Shown: positions 28,993-39,648, counted from the stretch's first letter. The stretch is DNA of 64,000 nucleotides from Candidatus Bathyarchaeota archaeon (GCA_963753065.1 CAVWAQ010000001.1:303441-367440); one strand, 5' to 3'. Program-made: numbers and translations. The notes: a model not told the origin generated them from the sequence alone.

Positions 28993-29646
28993 TTGCGTAC
29001 ACTGAATCTCAGCCCGGACGAGCTGCTTACTACGACGAGGGCGGTACGTAGACGCCTAGATCTTTCTCGACCGGTCGAGCGCGAGGTAATAGAAGAATGC
29101 GTCGCCATTGCTCAGCAGGCTCCTACTGGGTCGAATAGGCAGAACTGGCATTTCGTGGTGGTCACCGATTCCAGTAAACGTGCCGCGCTTGCGAGCCTCT
29201 ATCGTAAAGGCGCGGAGATCTACCACTCTCTTCCAGCTGCAGGGCATGGCAAGAGACTCGACGACCCCGCGAGGAATACCACGCAGGCAAGAGTTAGGGC
29301 CTCGTCTATGTACTTGATTGAACATATCCACGAGGTTCCAGTACACGTTATCCCATGCATCGAGGGCCGTACGGATGGTCTCCCGACGGTCGCCCAGGCT
29401 GCGCAGTGGTGTTCAATTGTGCCTGCTGCATGGAGTTTCATGCTTGCCGCACGAGCCCGAGGTCTCGGCACAACCTTCACCAGTTTTCACTTGTTCTTTG
29501 AGGAAGATGCTGCGAAGCTACTCGGTATTCCTTTCGAGGCAGTCATGCAGACAGCGCTGATTCCAATGGCTTACACGAAAGGCGCGAGGTTCAAGCCTGG
29601 CCCCCGTGAGCCTGTCGGCACCATTCTGCATTGGGACGATTGGTAG
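28993..29646 (+). CDS. nitroreductase-family protein
   Basis: TTRAVRRRLDLSRPVEREVIEECVAIAQQAPTGSNRQNWHFVVV is a typical nitroreductase N-terminal pattern. 217 aa. Confidence 0.7.
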   Translation: MRTLNLSPDELLTTTRAVRRRLDLSRPVEREVIEECVAIAQQAPTGSNRQNWHFVVVTDSSKRAALASLYRKGAEIYHSLPAAGHGKRLDDPARNTTQARVRASSMYLIEHIHEVPVHVIPCIEGRTDGLPTVAQAAQWCSIVPAAWSFMLAARARGLGTTFTSFHLFFEEDAAKLLGIPFEAVMQTALIPMAYTKGARFKPGPREPVGTILHWDDW

Positions 29647-30021
29647 GATCTCTGAGAGGCAGCCACGTTCAAGGCAGATCCGACTGCATTTGTACTTCCC
29701 GTATGAATGGCGTTCCCCTAAGTGTGCGGTTAGCGCCTGCTGAGTGTGTCGGTCTCATGGTGCGCACAAACAAGAAGCAAGGCAGGCTCGACCAGTGCGA
29801 GCCTCTCGAAATCACACAGCATGAAACCCAGTATTGTTCAGGGAAGATGATGCAGACCTTTAGAGGAATCGAAATCTTGGTTGCTTCCGACTCTGCGTCA
29901 GCAATGCAAGTAGTGGGGCTGCATGGCGGCGGTTCCCCTCAGATGGAAACCATCACCATGACTGCCCACGGCGACAAGGCTCTTAAGCACCTCTGAGAAA
30001 GCGGATTGCGGTTCCGGTACG

Positions 30022-31042
30022 ATGAATGCCATAAAGTCGATTCAGACTGTTCCATATGCGGATTACACGAAGCATGGGATGACTAAGGATATTCTGCTCG
30101 GCATGCTTCGGAAGATGATCGAGATCCGAAGGTTCGAGGAGCGCGTGGAACGGCTATTCCTCCAAGAAGGGGCGCTCATTGGACCATCGCACCTCTATTT
30201 GGGAGAGGAGGCAGTCGCAGCTGGCGCTGTCGGTGCGCTCAACGATAATGACCTGATCACTAGTACTTATCGAGGCCACGGCCACGCTATCGCAAAAGGC
30301 GTTCCCATGAAGCCTCTGATGGCAGAGCTATTCGGGAAATCCACGGGCACCTGCAAAGGACTAGGCGGTTCAATGCATGTCGCGATCTATCCCGAAAAAG
30401 GATCCGTATATGCGACAGCGATTGTCGGAAGCGGAGTTCCAATAGCGACCGGCTTAGGGCTTGCGCTTCAGGACGGAAGGAAAACGGCGAGTCGCTATGA
30501 CGTTCTTTGGGGACGGTGCAACTAACACCGGCGCCTTCCACGAAGGAATCAACCTCGCATCCGTCTGGAAGGTCCCAGTCATCTTCGTCTGTGAGAACAA
30601 CATGTACGCTATGTCAACTCGAGCCGACTATGCAGTGGCAGCGGAAAGCGTTGCGGCTAGGGCGCAGACCTACAGGATGCAAAGTATGGTTGCTGATGGA
30701 AACGACGCGGTCGCGGTCTACTTGGCCGCCAAAGAAGCGATCGGTGCTGCTCGAAATGGTCAAGGTCCAACCCTTCTTGAATGCATGACCTACAAGCTCC
30801 ACGGCCATGGGGTCTACGACAAAGGTGACTACAGACCCAAGGAAGAGGTCGAAGCGTGGCTCAAGCGAGATCCTATCAACGGGCTTGAGGACAAGCTCCT
30901 GAAAGCAAAGTTGGCTACCCAAGCAGATTTCGACAAGATTGAGAAAGAGGTCGCGGCCGAAGTGGAAGAGTCTGTTTCATTCGCGAAAAACAGTCCCGTT
31001 CTGCCGTTCGATGAACTTGCGAAGTACGTGTACGCGAGGTAG
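30022..31042 (+). pseudogene. 2-oxoacid dehydrogenase E1 alpha subunit, frame shift at the A4 run 30481-30484
   Basis: ORF 30022..30525 (YRGHGHAIAKG...GLGLALQDGRK) and ORF 30461..31042 (RRVAMTFFGDGATNTGAFHEGINLASVWKVPVIFVCENN) join into one E1-alpha if one A is removed. Confidence 0.85.
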
Positions 31043-31048
31043 AGAGAG

Positions 31049-32023
31049 ATGCCAGAGCTGACATACGCCGACGCTTTGCGCGAAGCTCTGCGCGAGGAGA
31101 TGCTCAGAGATCCTCGTGTCGTGTTGATGGGCGAGGAGATCGGAGTCTTCGAGGGGGTCTACAAAGTCACTCGAGGACTGCTAAAGGAGTTTGGCCCGGA
31201 GAGAGTTAGGGACACTCCGATCTCTGAAGCTGCGATTGCGGGCGCCGCTGTGGGTGCCGCGTTAGGCGGCCTCAAGCCGGTTGCCGAGATCATGTACATG
31301 GATTTTCTGACAATATGCCTCGATCAGATAGCGACGAACGCATCAAAGATGCACTTCATGAGCGGCGGCAAGCTCAAGGTTCCATTCGTCCTCAGAACAC
31401 AGTACAGCCTCGGACGAGTGCATGGTGCGCAGCATTCCCAGTTCTTTCCGTCAATATTCTTCCAAGTGCCTGGCCTGAAAGTTGTCTTACCATCCACACC
31501 ACATGATGCCAAAGGTCTCCTGAAAGCTGCCATCCGAGAGGACAACCCAGTGGTCTTCATTGAAAGTGGCATGCTCTACAGAACCAAAGGCCCGGTTCCT
31601 GACGGGGAATATCTCGTGCCCTTGGGCCAATGTGATGTCAAGAAAACGGGTAGTGATATCACAATTGTCGCAGTCTCGAGAACTGTAACTGAGGCCTTGG
31701 CCGCGGCCGTGAAACTGGAAGAGCAGGGCATCACCGCAGAAGTCATAGACCCGAGGACGATCCAGCCGCTTGATTTGGCAACAATCTTGGAGTCTGTGAA
31801 GAAAACTGGCAGGTTGATAATCGCCTCTGACGATGTCAAGTGTGGAGGCATCGGATCAGAGATAGCGGCCCAGGTAGTGGAAGAAGCCTTTGACTCTCTA
31901 GATGCTCCCGTCTTGCGTGTCGCCTCACCGGACATGCCAATCCCGTTTTCGCCAACGCTCGAACAGGCGTACATGCCTAATGCGCAGAAGATCATTGAAG
32001 CAGCAAAGAAACTGATTGGGTGA
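31049..32023 (+). CDS. 2-oxoacid dehydrogenase E1 beta subunit
   Basis: 324 aa. LTYADALREALREEMLRDPRVVLMGEEIG...VRDTPISEAAIAGAAVGAAL is the transketolase-like pyrimidine-binding domain plus C-terminal domain. Confidence 0.9.
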   Translation: MPELTYADALREALREEMLRDPRVVLMGEEIGVFEGVYKVTRGLLKEFGPERVRDTPISEAAIAGAAVGAALGGLKPVAEIMYMDFLTICLDQIATNASKMHFMSGGKLKVPFVLRTQYSLGRVHGAQHSQFFPSIFFQVPGLKVVLPSTPHDAKGLLKAAIREDNPVVFIESGMLYRTKGPVPDGEYLVPLGQCDVKKTGSDITIVAVSRTVTEALAAAVKLEEQGITAEVIDPRTIQPLDLATILESVKKTGRLIIASDDVKCGGIGSEIAAQVVEEAFDSLDAPVLRVASPDMPIPFSPTLEQAYMPNAQKIIEAAKKLIG

Positions 32024-32029
32024 GCTACA

Positions 32030-33223
32030 GTGATGTTCAGGGTTGCAATGCCCCGTCTAGATCCCGGCATGCAGTCAGGCAAAATAGTCGAGTGGCTGAA
32101 AAAGGAAGGAGACCGCGTCGAGAAGGACGTGCCGATTGTCAGGATCGAAGGAGAGAAGACCACTTTCGAAGTGAACTCCCCTGGACCGGGGGTGGTCCGG
32201 AAATTCCTGTTTGAGCCCGGCATGGATGTTCAGGTAGGGCAAACGATCGCCCTTGTAGGTGAGCCAAACGAGCCGCTGCCGGTCGAAGCCGAAGCACCGG
32301 TCACTCTTGAGCCTGTCGTGGTGCAAGAAGCCATCGTTGCTCCTCCTGTTGTTTCACGACTGGCAGAGCCTCCAGCCTCGCCGGTCGCGCGTAAGATGGC
32401 CCGAGAGGCCGGCATCGACATTTCGAAGATCAAGGGGTCCGGACCTGGTGGTAGAATAGTTCGTGAGGACATTCAGAGAGCAATCGAGCAGATGAAGGCT
32501 CAGCCGGTAGTGGCCGCTGTTTCCGCCCAAGGAGCTAGGGCTGTTCCGGTTGCGAGGACGATTAAACTGGCGGGGAAGCGGAAGGCTACGGCGGAGCGGC
32601 TCTCGTACGGTTTCCACACGACCGTTCCGGTCACGATCACGATGGAGACAAGGATGGAGGCGGTCCTTGAGCAGAGAAAACAGCTTCACAGCCAAACTGG
32701 TGAGGAGATCTCCATAACGGCATTCGTTGTCAAGGCTGCTGCAAAGGCTCTGGAAGATCACCAGATGATCAACTCGTCTCTTGAGGGAGACGAACTTCGA
32801 ATCTATGGTGACATCAATGTCGCCGTGGCAATCAACACGCCTGACGGACTTGTTGCGCCGGTGATACCACAGACGAACAGGAGGTCGTTGTCTGAGGTAT
32901 CGCGTGACATTCGTGAACTGACAGAACGAGCTGTGCAGAACAAGCTCACCGTTTCAGATCTTACCGGAGGCACATTCACCGTGTCGAACCTTGGCGGTTA
33001 TGGTGTCGATCTCTTTGCGCCAGTCATCAACCCGCCGCAATGCGCAATCCTTGGCTTCGGCCGAACCTGTGAGAGACCCGTAATCGTCGAAAAACAGGTG
33101 CGAGCGGCATCAGTCACGACACTCTCGTTAGTATTCGATCACAGGATCGTCGACGGCGTCCCGGCGGCTCAGTACCTTCAGCGAGTCAAAGAGCTGCTAG
33201 AAGATCCGAAGAAGCTCGTATGA
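32030..33223 (+). CDS. dihydrolipoamide acyltransferase (E2)
   Basis: N-terminal lipoyl domain (IVRIEGEKTTFEV), peripheral subunit-binding domain (ASPVARKMAREAGIDISKIKGSGPGGRI), and catalytic domain with DHRIVDG. Confidence 0.9.
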   Translation: MMFRVAMPRLDPGMQSGKIVEWLKKEGDRVEKDVPIVRIEGEKTTFEVNSPGPGVVRKFLFEPGMDVQVGQTIALVGEPNEPLPVEAEAPVTLEPVVVQEAIVAPPVVSRLAEPPASPVARKMAREAGIDISKIKGSGPGGRIVREDIQRAIEQMKAQPVVAAVSAQGARAVPVARTIKLAGKRKATAERLSYGFHTTVPVTITMETRMEAVLEQRKQLHSQTGEEISITAFVVKAAAKALEDHQMINSSLEGDELRIYGDINVAVAINTPDGLVAPVIPQTNRRSLSEVSRDIRELTERAVQNKLTVSDLTGGTFTVSNLGGYGVDLFAPVINPPQCAILGFGRTCERPVIVEKQVRAASVTTLSLVFDHRIVDGVPAAQYLQRVKELLEDPKKLV

Positions 33224-33241
33224 TCGCCCTTGGTTCGGCAG

Positions 33242-34273
33242 CTAAGGCGTGATTGCCACTTTGATCGCCGCGCCTTTCTGCATTAGACGTAACGCTGCCT
33301 CAACCTCAGTCAGTTTCATTCTGTGAGTGACGAGCGATGCAACCTTCACCTGACCTGTCGAGATCAGCCTCAAGGACTCGCGCACATCACTTGGCGTGTG
33401 ATGAAATACTCCCTTCAATGTGAGTTCTCCGTAGTGCACTGTGCCCGTGTCAATTGAGGCAGTGCTTCCTGCTGGGCATCCCCCGAAGAGTACGGTCGTT
33501 CCCCCTTTCCTAGTCGCCCGTACGGCCAACTCCCAAGTCTCTGGTTTTCCAACAGCTTCGATTGTGACATCTGCTCCGCGGTTGCCAGTTAACGCCCTCA
33601 CCTGACTCACAGTATCGCTTGAGGTCACCGTCTTGTCCGCACCCAGTTGGGCGGCCCTCTGCAACCTCTCAGGGCTCGCGTCGGCAACGACAACGGTCCC
33701 GGCACCGCGGACTTTCGCAAGCTGCACGTGCAACAGTCCGATGGGCCCAGCACCAATGACGAAAACGAGATCGCGTGCCTTGATATTGGACAGTTCGATT
33801 CCGTGAACTACGCACGCCAATGGTTCAACGAATGCGGCAGCCTCGAATGAGATGTCCTTGGGAATCTCGTAGGTGTTCTGCTTCACGATTCGTGCTGGCA
33901 GCCGTACATACTCGGCATACGCGCCAGGGGACGAGAATCCGATAAGGACCTCGTCCAGTCGATCGCACAGGTTTGGTTTGCCGATCCGGCAATAGTAGCA
34001 GGACATGCAAGGTGCCGAATTCGCAGCTACGACTCTCATGCCCTCCTCAAAGCCTTCGACTTCTTCTCCTACCTTCTCCACAGTTCCTGCAAATTCGTGT
34101 CCTATGGTAAGTGGAGGAATCGCGAGCCTATGGCCGCGAAGGAACATCTTGAGATCCGTACCACATGTAAGCGCCACATGATTTCGGATCAGTAGTTCGC
34201 CCCTGCCTATGTTGGGCACGTCGACCTCTTCGACACGCAAGTCGCCAGGAGCATAGAAACGGGCCGCTTTCAA
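33242..34273 (-). CDS. Zn-dependent alcohol/polyol dehydrogenase (MDR family; sorbitol/threonine/butanediol-DH-like)
   Basis: GHEFAGTVEKVG, structural-zinc Cys cluster CMSCYYCRIGKPNLC, and VIGAGPIGLL NAD fold. Confidence 0.85.
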   Translation of the reverse strand: MKAARFYAPGDLRVEEVDVPNIGRGELLIRNHVALTCGTDLKMFLRGHRLAIPPLTIGHEFAGTVEKVGEEVEGFEEGMRVVAANSAPCMSCYYCRIGKPNLCDRLDEVLIGFSSPGAYAEYVRLPARIVKQNTYEIPKDISFEAAAFVEPLACVVHGIELSNIKARDLVFVIGAGPIGLLHVQLAKVRGAGTVVVADASPERLQRAAQLGADKTVTSSDTVSQVRALTGNRGADVTIEAVGKPETWELAVRATRKGGTTVLFGGCPAGSTASIDTGTVHYGELTLKGVFHHTPSDVRESLRLISTGQVKVASLVTHRMKLTEVEAALRLMQKGAAIKVAITP

Positions 34274-34293
34274 TCGATGTTCACATCCAGAAA

Positions 34294-35337
34294 CTATTCA
34301 TGAACCATGACTTTCAGGGATGATTGTGCATCGTCTGCAATTCGAAAAGCCTCTTCAATCTCACTCAAACGAAAGCCATGCGTTATCATGTCAGTCAAAC
34401 GGATCATTCCGGCTTCCATCATGTCCAAGGCTCTTTTGATTTCATTCTCGGTCGTCGAGTAACTCGGAATCAGCTTGATCTCACGTATGAACACGCCACA
34501 TGCATCGCAGGCGAATACACTCCCCTCCGGGGGGATCCCGAATAGGAGGATCTTGCCACCTTTCCTCACGAGTGGGAAGGAAGCTTGGATCGCCTTCACG
34601 TTTCCTGAAGCGACGACTACGTTATCAACTCCGCGACCTTCCGTCGCATCGAGGATTTGCTTCTTCAAGTCCGCGGCGGCAGCGTTGAACGCCTGATCAG
34701 CTCCGAACTTCTTTGCCCACTTCACCCTGGATTCGATCATGTCGGTAGCGATTATTAGGGAGGCTCCTAATGCTCGGAGAAGCTTCACGTACGTAAGTCC
34801 CGCAGGTCCTGCTCCAACTATCAAGGTACTATCTTCTTTCCGGATTCCGAGTCTATCCATGCCCCTTATGCAACAACCTGTCGGCTCGGCTAGGGCAGCC
34901 TCCTCATAGCTCAGGCCATCTGGAAGCCTGAATACGGCGCCCTTGTTAACGTTGGTCGCGGGTACTCGGAAGTGTTCCGCGAACCCACATGGGTCAAGAT
35001 TGCTCTTGGGAAACTCCTGACAGAGCGTGTGGTCGCCATGCAGACAGTAGTAGCATGTGTTGCATGGTACGTGGTGATGCACGGCGACTCGATCGCCTTT
35101 CGAATAACCCCTTACATCTGATCCAACTTCCTCGATGTCTCCAGCCACTTCATGTCCGAGGACAGGTGGAGTCACCCTCACACCATGGATTTTCTCCAAG
35201 TCAGTTCCGCAGATCCCGCACGCTTTCATCTTCACAAGAAGCTCTCCGCGCCCAATGCGCGGCCTGTCAACGTTGGCGAGTTGAAGTCGTCCCAGAGAAT
35301 CAACATATGCAGCTTTCAAGGTGCGGCCAAGTTGCAT
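34294..35337 (-). CDS. Zn-dependent alcohol/polyol dehydrogenase (MDR family)
   Basis: GHEVAGDIEEVG, CNTCYYCLHGDHTLC, VGAGPAGL. The internal Met at 35337 is preferred over the ORF-track start at 35391. Confidence 0.85.
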   Translation of the reverse strand: MQLGRTLKAAYVDSLGRLQLANVDRPRIGRGELLVKMKACGICGTDLEKIHGVRVTPPVLGHEVAGDIEEVGSDVRGYSKGDRVAVHHHVPCNTCYYCLHGDHTLCQEFPKSNLDPCGFAEHFRVPATNVNKGAVFRLPDGLSYEEAALAEPTGCCIRGMDRLGIRKEDSTLIVGAGPAGLTYVKLLRALGASLIIATDMIESRVKWAKKFGADQAFNAAAADLKKQILDATEGRGVDNVVVASGNVKAIQASFPLVRKGGKILLFGIPPEGSVFACDACGVFIREIKLIPSYSTTENEIKRALDMMEAGMIRLTDMITHGFRLSEIEEAFRIADDAQSSLKVMVHE

Positions 35338-35737
35338 GTCTAGCTTCTCAGCTTGGATAAAGGAACCGCTTTTTCCTCCACATCCCCACATCTGCGGCTA
35401 TGAATGACATTTCATGGGTCAGTGACTTGAGGATTGGAGCTTGCTATCTGTCGCTTGGACCAATAGCGGTCAAACTACCGGGCTGGCACGCAAGCACACC
35501 GCCGGATTCCGGATCATCATCTGATCGGTCCGTCTGTCAGTCCATTTCGTTTCATCATTGGCACGATTGTCTTCAGGATGTGATCGTATCAATAACCGCC
35601 AAATCTTCTGGTGTACGTCCTTAAAATTGGGAAGAACCTATGAGTTACATTGGACCGAGACTTGCTTAATCGAGTGGCTCTCGCAAGCACTTGTGCATAT
35701 TGGTTCGGGGTTCGAGATCGGAGGTTGAGAAGAAGGG

Positions 35738-38095
35738 TTGAACGATAGAATCAAGAAGCTCCGAGAACAAAGCTTGAACGCCAAAGCTCGTCTCTCGACA
35801 GAAAGGGCGGAGCTGGTCACCGATTTCTATGGGCGTATTCGGGGCGTCTCAGCTCCGGTCCGCAGGGCTCTAGCTTTCAAGTACTTGATGGAAAACAAGA
35901 CGATCTGCATCAACGACGGAGAATTGATCGTGGGAGAGCGAGGACCATTTCCAAAAGCTGTCCCCACGTATCCAGAGCTATGCTGTCACAGCCTTCAAGA
36001 TCTGGGCATCCTCAGCGGCCGCTCGAAGGTGCCTTTCATTGTTAGCGCCGAGGATCGAGAAACCTACCAGAAGAGGATCATACCATTCTGGCAGGGGCAA
36101 TCGATGCGCGACATGATCTTTCAAGAGATGTCAGACGATTGGAAGGCTGCATACGAAGCGGGGATCTTCACAGAATTCATGGAACAACGTGCCCCGGGTC
36201 ACACGGTATTGGGCGACAAGATCTATCGCCAGGGGTTTCTCGATATCAAGGCTGACATTGAGAGAAGTTGGCAGAGTCTGGACTATCTTAACGACCCAGA
36301 GGCCTACGACAAGTGCGAAGAACTGAAGGCGATGTCCATTTGCGCAGACGCGATCATTCGTTTTGCTGTACGGCATGCTGAGAAAGCACAGGAGATCGCC
36401 AAAAGCGAGAACGATCCTCAGCGACATGAGGAGCTAGAGAAGATTGCGGACGTCTGCTCTCATGTCCCCTCGCATGCACCGCGCGATTTCTGGGAAGCCC
36501 TCCAATTCTACTGGTTTGTCCATCTGGGCGTCATCACTGAGCTGAATACTTGGGACTCATTCTCGCCTGGCCGCCTTGATCAGCACTTGTATCCATTCTA
36601 CAAGATGGGTCTTGAAGACGGGGGGCTTACTCCTGAGAAGGCGAGAGAGCTACTGGAATGTCTGTGGGTGAAGTTCAACAACCACCCCGCTCCGCCAAAG
36701 GTCGGCGTCACAGCCGCTGAGAGCGGAACATACAATGATTTCGCCGCTATCGATCTCGGTGGTCTCAGGCCAGATGGTTCCGACGGAGTGAACGAACTGA
36801 CCTACCTGATCCTTGACGTCATTGACGAGATGAGACTCATACAGCCATCGTCGAATGTTCAACTCTCCAAGAAGAGTCCTGACCGTATTCTGAAGAGGGC
36901 GTGTGAGATTGTCAGGCAGGGGTGGGGCCAGCCTTCGATCTTCAATGCGGATCTGGTCGTTGAGGAGCTTGTGCGTCAGGGAAAGTCGATTGAAGATGCC
37001 CGAACTGGAGGTACAAGCGGTTGTGTGGAGACCGGCTGTTTTGGCAAAGAAGCCTACATACTAACAGGATACTTCAATCTCGCAAAGGTCTTGGAGGTCA
37101 CGCTGAACAACGGACTGGATCCCCGTACGGGCAAGAGGATCAGTTTGCAGGCAGGAGATCCTTTGCACTTCGAGTCATTCGAGAACCTATTTGAGGCCTT
37201 CAGAAAACAGCTGAAGCACTTCGTTGATATCAAAGTCAAAGGAAACAACATCATCGAAAGACTGTACGCTAACCACATGCCTGCTCCCTTTCTTTCAACA
37301 CTCATCGACGACTGCGTGAAGCGAGGCAAGGACTACAACGACGGAGGCGCTCGATACAACTCATCCTACATAATGGGCGTGGGAATCGCCACATTAGCCG
37401 ATAGCCTAGCTGCCATCAAGTATCATGTCTTCGACGAGAAAGGACTTTCCATCACGACGCTCCTGCAGGCGCTCAAAGATGACTTCCAAGGTAACGAGAA
37501 GGTTTGCCTCTCGCTGTGGAACAAGACGCCGAAGTACGGCAACGATGACGACTACGCTGACGACCTGCTGAGAGCTGCGTTCAACATGTTCTATGATGAG
37601 ATCAATGGCAGAGGAAACACTCGAGGCGGGCTCTATCGAGTCAATTATCTTTCGACTACTTGCCATGTCTATTTTGGTGCTGTGACAGGCGCAACACCAG
37701 ACGGTAGGAGAGCTGGTGAACCTGTTTCTGAAGGCGTGTCGCCCGTGCAGGGTGCAGATCGCCATGGCCCCACGGCTGTGATCAAGTCGGTGGCCAAGAT
37801 GGATCAAGTTCGAACCGGCGGAACGCTCCTTAATCAGAAGTTCACCCCGATGTTGCTGGAGGGAGACCATGGCATTGAGGATCTCTCACATCTGGTCCGA
37901 GCCTACTTCAAGCTGGGTGGCCACCACATTCAATTCAACGTGGTAACCTCGGAGACTCTACGTGACGCTCAGGCAAACCCCGATAAGCACAGAGACCTTA
38001 TCGTCCGAGTCGCAGGCTACAGCGACTACTTCTGCGATCTCAACAAAACCTTACAGGACGAAATCATCGCCCGCACGGAACACAAATCCTACTGA
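35738..38095 (+). CDS. glycyl radical enzyme, PFL2 / glycerol-dehydratase-like (1,2-eliminase clade)
   Basis: C-terminal glycyl-radical motif LIVRVAGYSDYF...IIARTEH and thiyl loop GGTSGCVETG (Cys plus Glu, single Cys). 785 aa, collinear with B12-independent glycerol dehydratase as I remember that sequence. Confidence 0.9.
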   Translation: MNDRIKKLREQSLNAKARLSTERAELVTDFYGRIRGVSAPVRRALAFKYLMENKTICINDGELIVGERGPFPKAVPTYPELCCHSLQDLGILSGRSKVPFIVSAEDRETYQKRIIPFWQGQSMRDMIFQEMSDDWKAAYEAGIFTEFMEQRAPGHTVLGDKIYRQGFLDIKADIERSWQSLDYLNDPEAYDKCEELKAMSICADAIIRFAVRHAEKAQEIAKSENDPQRHEELEKIADVCSHVPSHAPRDFWEALQFYWFVHLGVITELNTWDSFSPGRLDQHLYPFYKMGLEDGGLTPEKARELLECLWVKFNNHPAPPKVGVTAAESGTYNDFAAIDLGGLRPDGSDGVNELTYLILDVIDEMRLIQPSSNVQLSKKSPDRILKRACEIVRQGWGQPSIFNADLVVEELVRQGKSIEDARTGGTSGCVETGCFGKEAYILTGYFNLAKVLEVTLNNGLDPRTGKRISLQAGDPLHFESFENLFEAFRKQLKHFVDIKVKGNNIIERLYANHMPAPFLSTLIDDCVKRGKDYNDGGARYNSSYIMGVGIATLADSLAAIKYHVFDEKGLSITTLLQALKDDFQGNEKVCLSLWNKTPKYGNDDDYADDLLRAAFNMFYDEINGRGNTRGGLYRVNYLSTTCHVYFGAVTGATPDGRRAGEPVSEGVSPVQGADRHGPTAVIKSVAKMDQVRTGGTLLNQKFTPMLLEGDHGIEDLSHLVRAYFKLGGHHIQFNVVTSETLRDAQANPDKHRDLIVRVAGYSDYFCDLNKTLQDEIIARTEHKSY

Positions 38096-38193
38096 CGAGC
38101 TCATTAAGAATGCCTGCGTCGGACTCATGTGCGAATCCGACAACGCGCTATGCCGAAATATCGACTGACTAATCTAATGTTCGACCGCGGTAT

Positions 38194-38649
38194 CTATTGT
38201 CCCAGACCTAGTGTGGTCTTGATTCGTTCGAAGATGGGCCTCGCGAAAGTTCCGGCCTCCAAACTCAGAACGATCGCATATTCCGGCGTTCTGAACAGCA
38301 TCAATGTGAGTTGCTGAAAACATAGGAGAGAGTATCTGATCTTGCCTAAGTCATCTTCCAGTTTCTGGGCCATTCCAAGTATCAAGTCGGGAATCAGTTC
38401 GATAAATTCTCGGACCTTGTCATCCGATCCACTCGACTCGAGACCCTGCCTCATGCGCGACACTTTGACATCATAGTCAGGGCCCTTGCTAACAACTCCG
38501 ACGTATCGTATGTTTTTGTCGACGGAGAAAATCGTATCGGCTATCTGTTCCGGGTCCATGGCGCAAGCGCCCCCATTGAGATCGATATAAACTCTCACAA
38601 GTTGCAGGTCCGTCTTGGGTTTTGCCCTGCAGGAATCAAGCAGGTTCAA
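38194..38649 (-). CDS. hypothetical protein, paralog of 44259..44678
   Basis: Shares IFSVDK(N/R)IRYV(G/T)V and a collinear remainder with the ORF at 44259..44678. No family recognised; a roadblock/LC7-like fold is only a guess. Confidence 0.45.
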   Translation of the reverse strand: MNLLDSCRAKPKTDLQLVRVYIDLNGGACAMDPEQIADTIFSVDKNIRYVGVVSKGPDYDVKVSRMRQGLESSGSDDKVREFIELIPDLILGMAQKLEDDLGKIRYSLLCFQQLTLMLFRTPEYAIVLSLEAGTFARPIFERIKTTLGLGQ

Positions 38650-38854
38650 GAAGAAGCGCGCGGAGATTTGTGCACCAATATGTCAGCGCCCATTGTCCCT
38701 TGCATAGATAGGATCGCTCAGCTGACACACAAGAGGATTGCGTCAACATCCGGCCTGTCTAGACATCAGAGGAACTAATACTGAGAGTCGATTGGTTGCT
38801 TGATGATGTAGAGAACTTGAGCCCGCTGCGCAACACGTTGAGAAGAAGTGTGGT

Positions 38855-39634
38855 TCAGGATTCAAGAGCCAGCAATGCGGCGCCAAGAGCACCTGTGATC
38901 TGCGGATTGTCGGGCATCCATAGTTCCGTGCTGAGCTGTTTCGACAAGTAGTATCGGAAAGCTGGATTCAGCGCCACACCTCCGGTGACACAGACGGGTG
39001 TGACAACACCGACGCGCTTCGAGAGTGTGCTGATCTTCGACGCCATGGCCGCATGGACTCCTGCCGCAATATCCTTTGGGCTTTCTCCCGCCCCGATCCG
39101 TCCAACTACCTCGCTTTCCGCAAAGACTGTGCAGGTACTGCTGATCATACAAGGCGAGTTGGACTGCAGAGCAAATGGACCTAGCTCGTTAATGGAAACC
39201 CCAAGGACCCGGGCCATGACTTCCAGGAACCTCCCGGTGCCGGCGCTACACTTGTCGTTGAGTTCGAAATCTGTTGGCCTACCGTTCTCGCCTACGCGGA
39301 TGACTTTTGAATCCTGACCACCAATATCAATCAAGAGGCGGATACTAGGATTCAGATGGTGCACGCCAATGCTATGGCACGTTATTTCAGTCACGGATTT
39401 CTCCGCGAAATCAATGAGAGATCGACCGTAGCCCGTGCTGATCGTAGGGGCATTCTTGGTGTCTGCACCAGATTCTCTGCTGAGCTCTCCCAGACATCTC
39501 ATTGCTGCACTAACTCCAGATGCTCCAGTAGGAACGACACGAGAGCCCAGGACGTTCCCCCTAGAGCCAACCACTACGGCTTTAGTGGTGCTTGACCCCA
39601 CATCAAGTCCGATTCCGAGACTTCGTCCTGACAC
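38855..39634 (-). CDS. BcrAD/BadFG-type ATPase, HgdC-like activator of 2-hydroxyacyl-CoA dehydratase
   Basis: GIGLDVGSSTTKAVV (actin-fold), KCSAGTGRFLE and SSTCTVFAESEV (cluster-bridging Cys positions), VTGGVALN. Confidence 0.85.
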   Translation of the reverse strand: MSGRSLGIGLDVGSSTTKAVVVGSRGNVLGSRVVPTGASGVSAAMRCLGELSRESGADTKNAPTISTGYGRSLIDFAEKSVTEITCHSIGVHHLNPSIRLLIDIGGQDSKVIRVGENGRPTDFELNDKCSAGTGRFLEVMARVLGVSINELGPFALQSNSPCMISSTCTVFAESEVVGRIGAGESPKDIAAGVHAAMASKISTLSKRVGVVTPVCVTGGVALNPAFRYYLSKQLSTELWMPDNPQITGALGAALLALES

Positions 39635-39648
39635 TGGTTTCTCTCCTG

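Noticed and set aside
29631-29996. 121-aa ORF filling the 375-nt spacer upstream of the E1-alpha gene
   Set aside because: It has no recognisable motif, its composition is unlike the neighbouring genes, and it overlaps the nitroreductase stop. I treat it as non-coding spacer, although a regulatory RNA or protein cannot be excluded.
23477-32223. Long antisense ORFs inside well-supported genes, for example 23477..23971(-), 25383..25865(-), 28197..28691(-), 31576..32223(-), 32354..32761(-)
   Set aside because: Each lies opposite a gene with clear family motifs. Their translations are low-complexity (Arg/Ser/Pro/Gly-rich) with no recognisable domains. This is typical of shadow ORFs in moderately GC-rich DNA.
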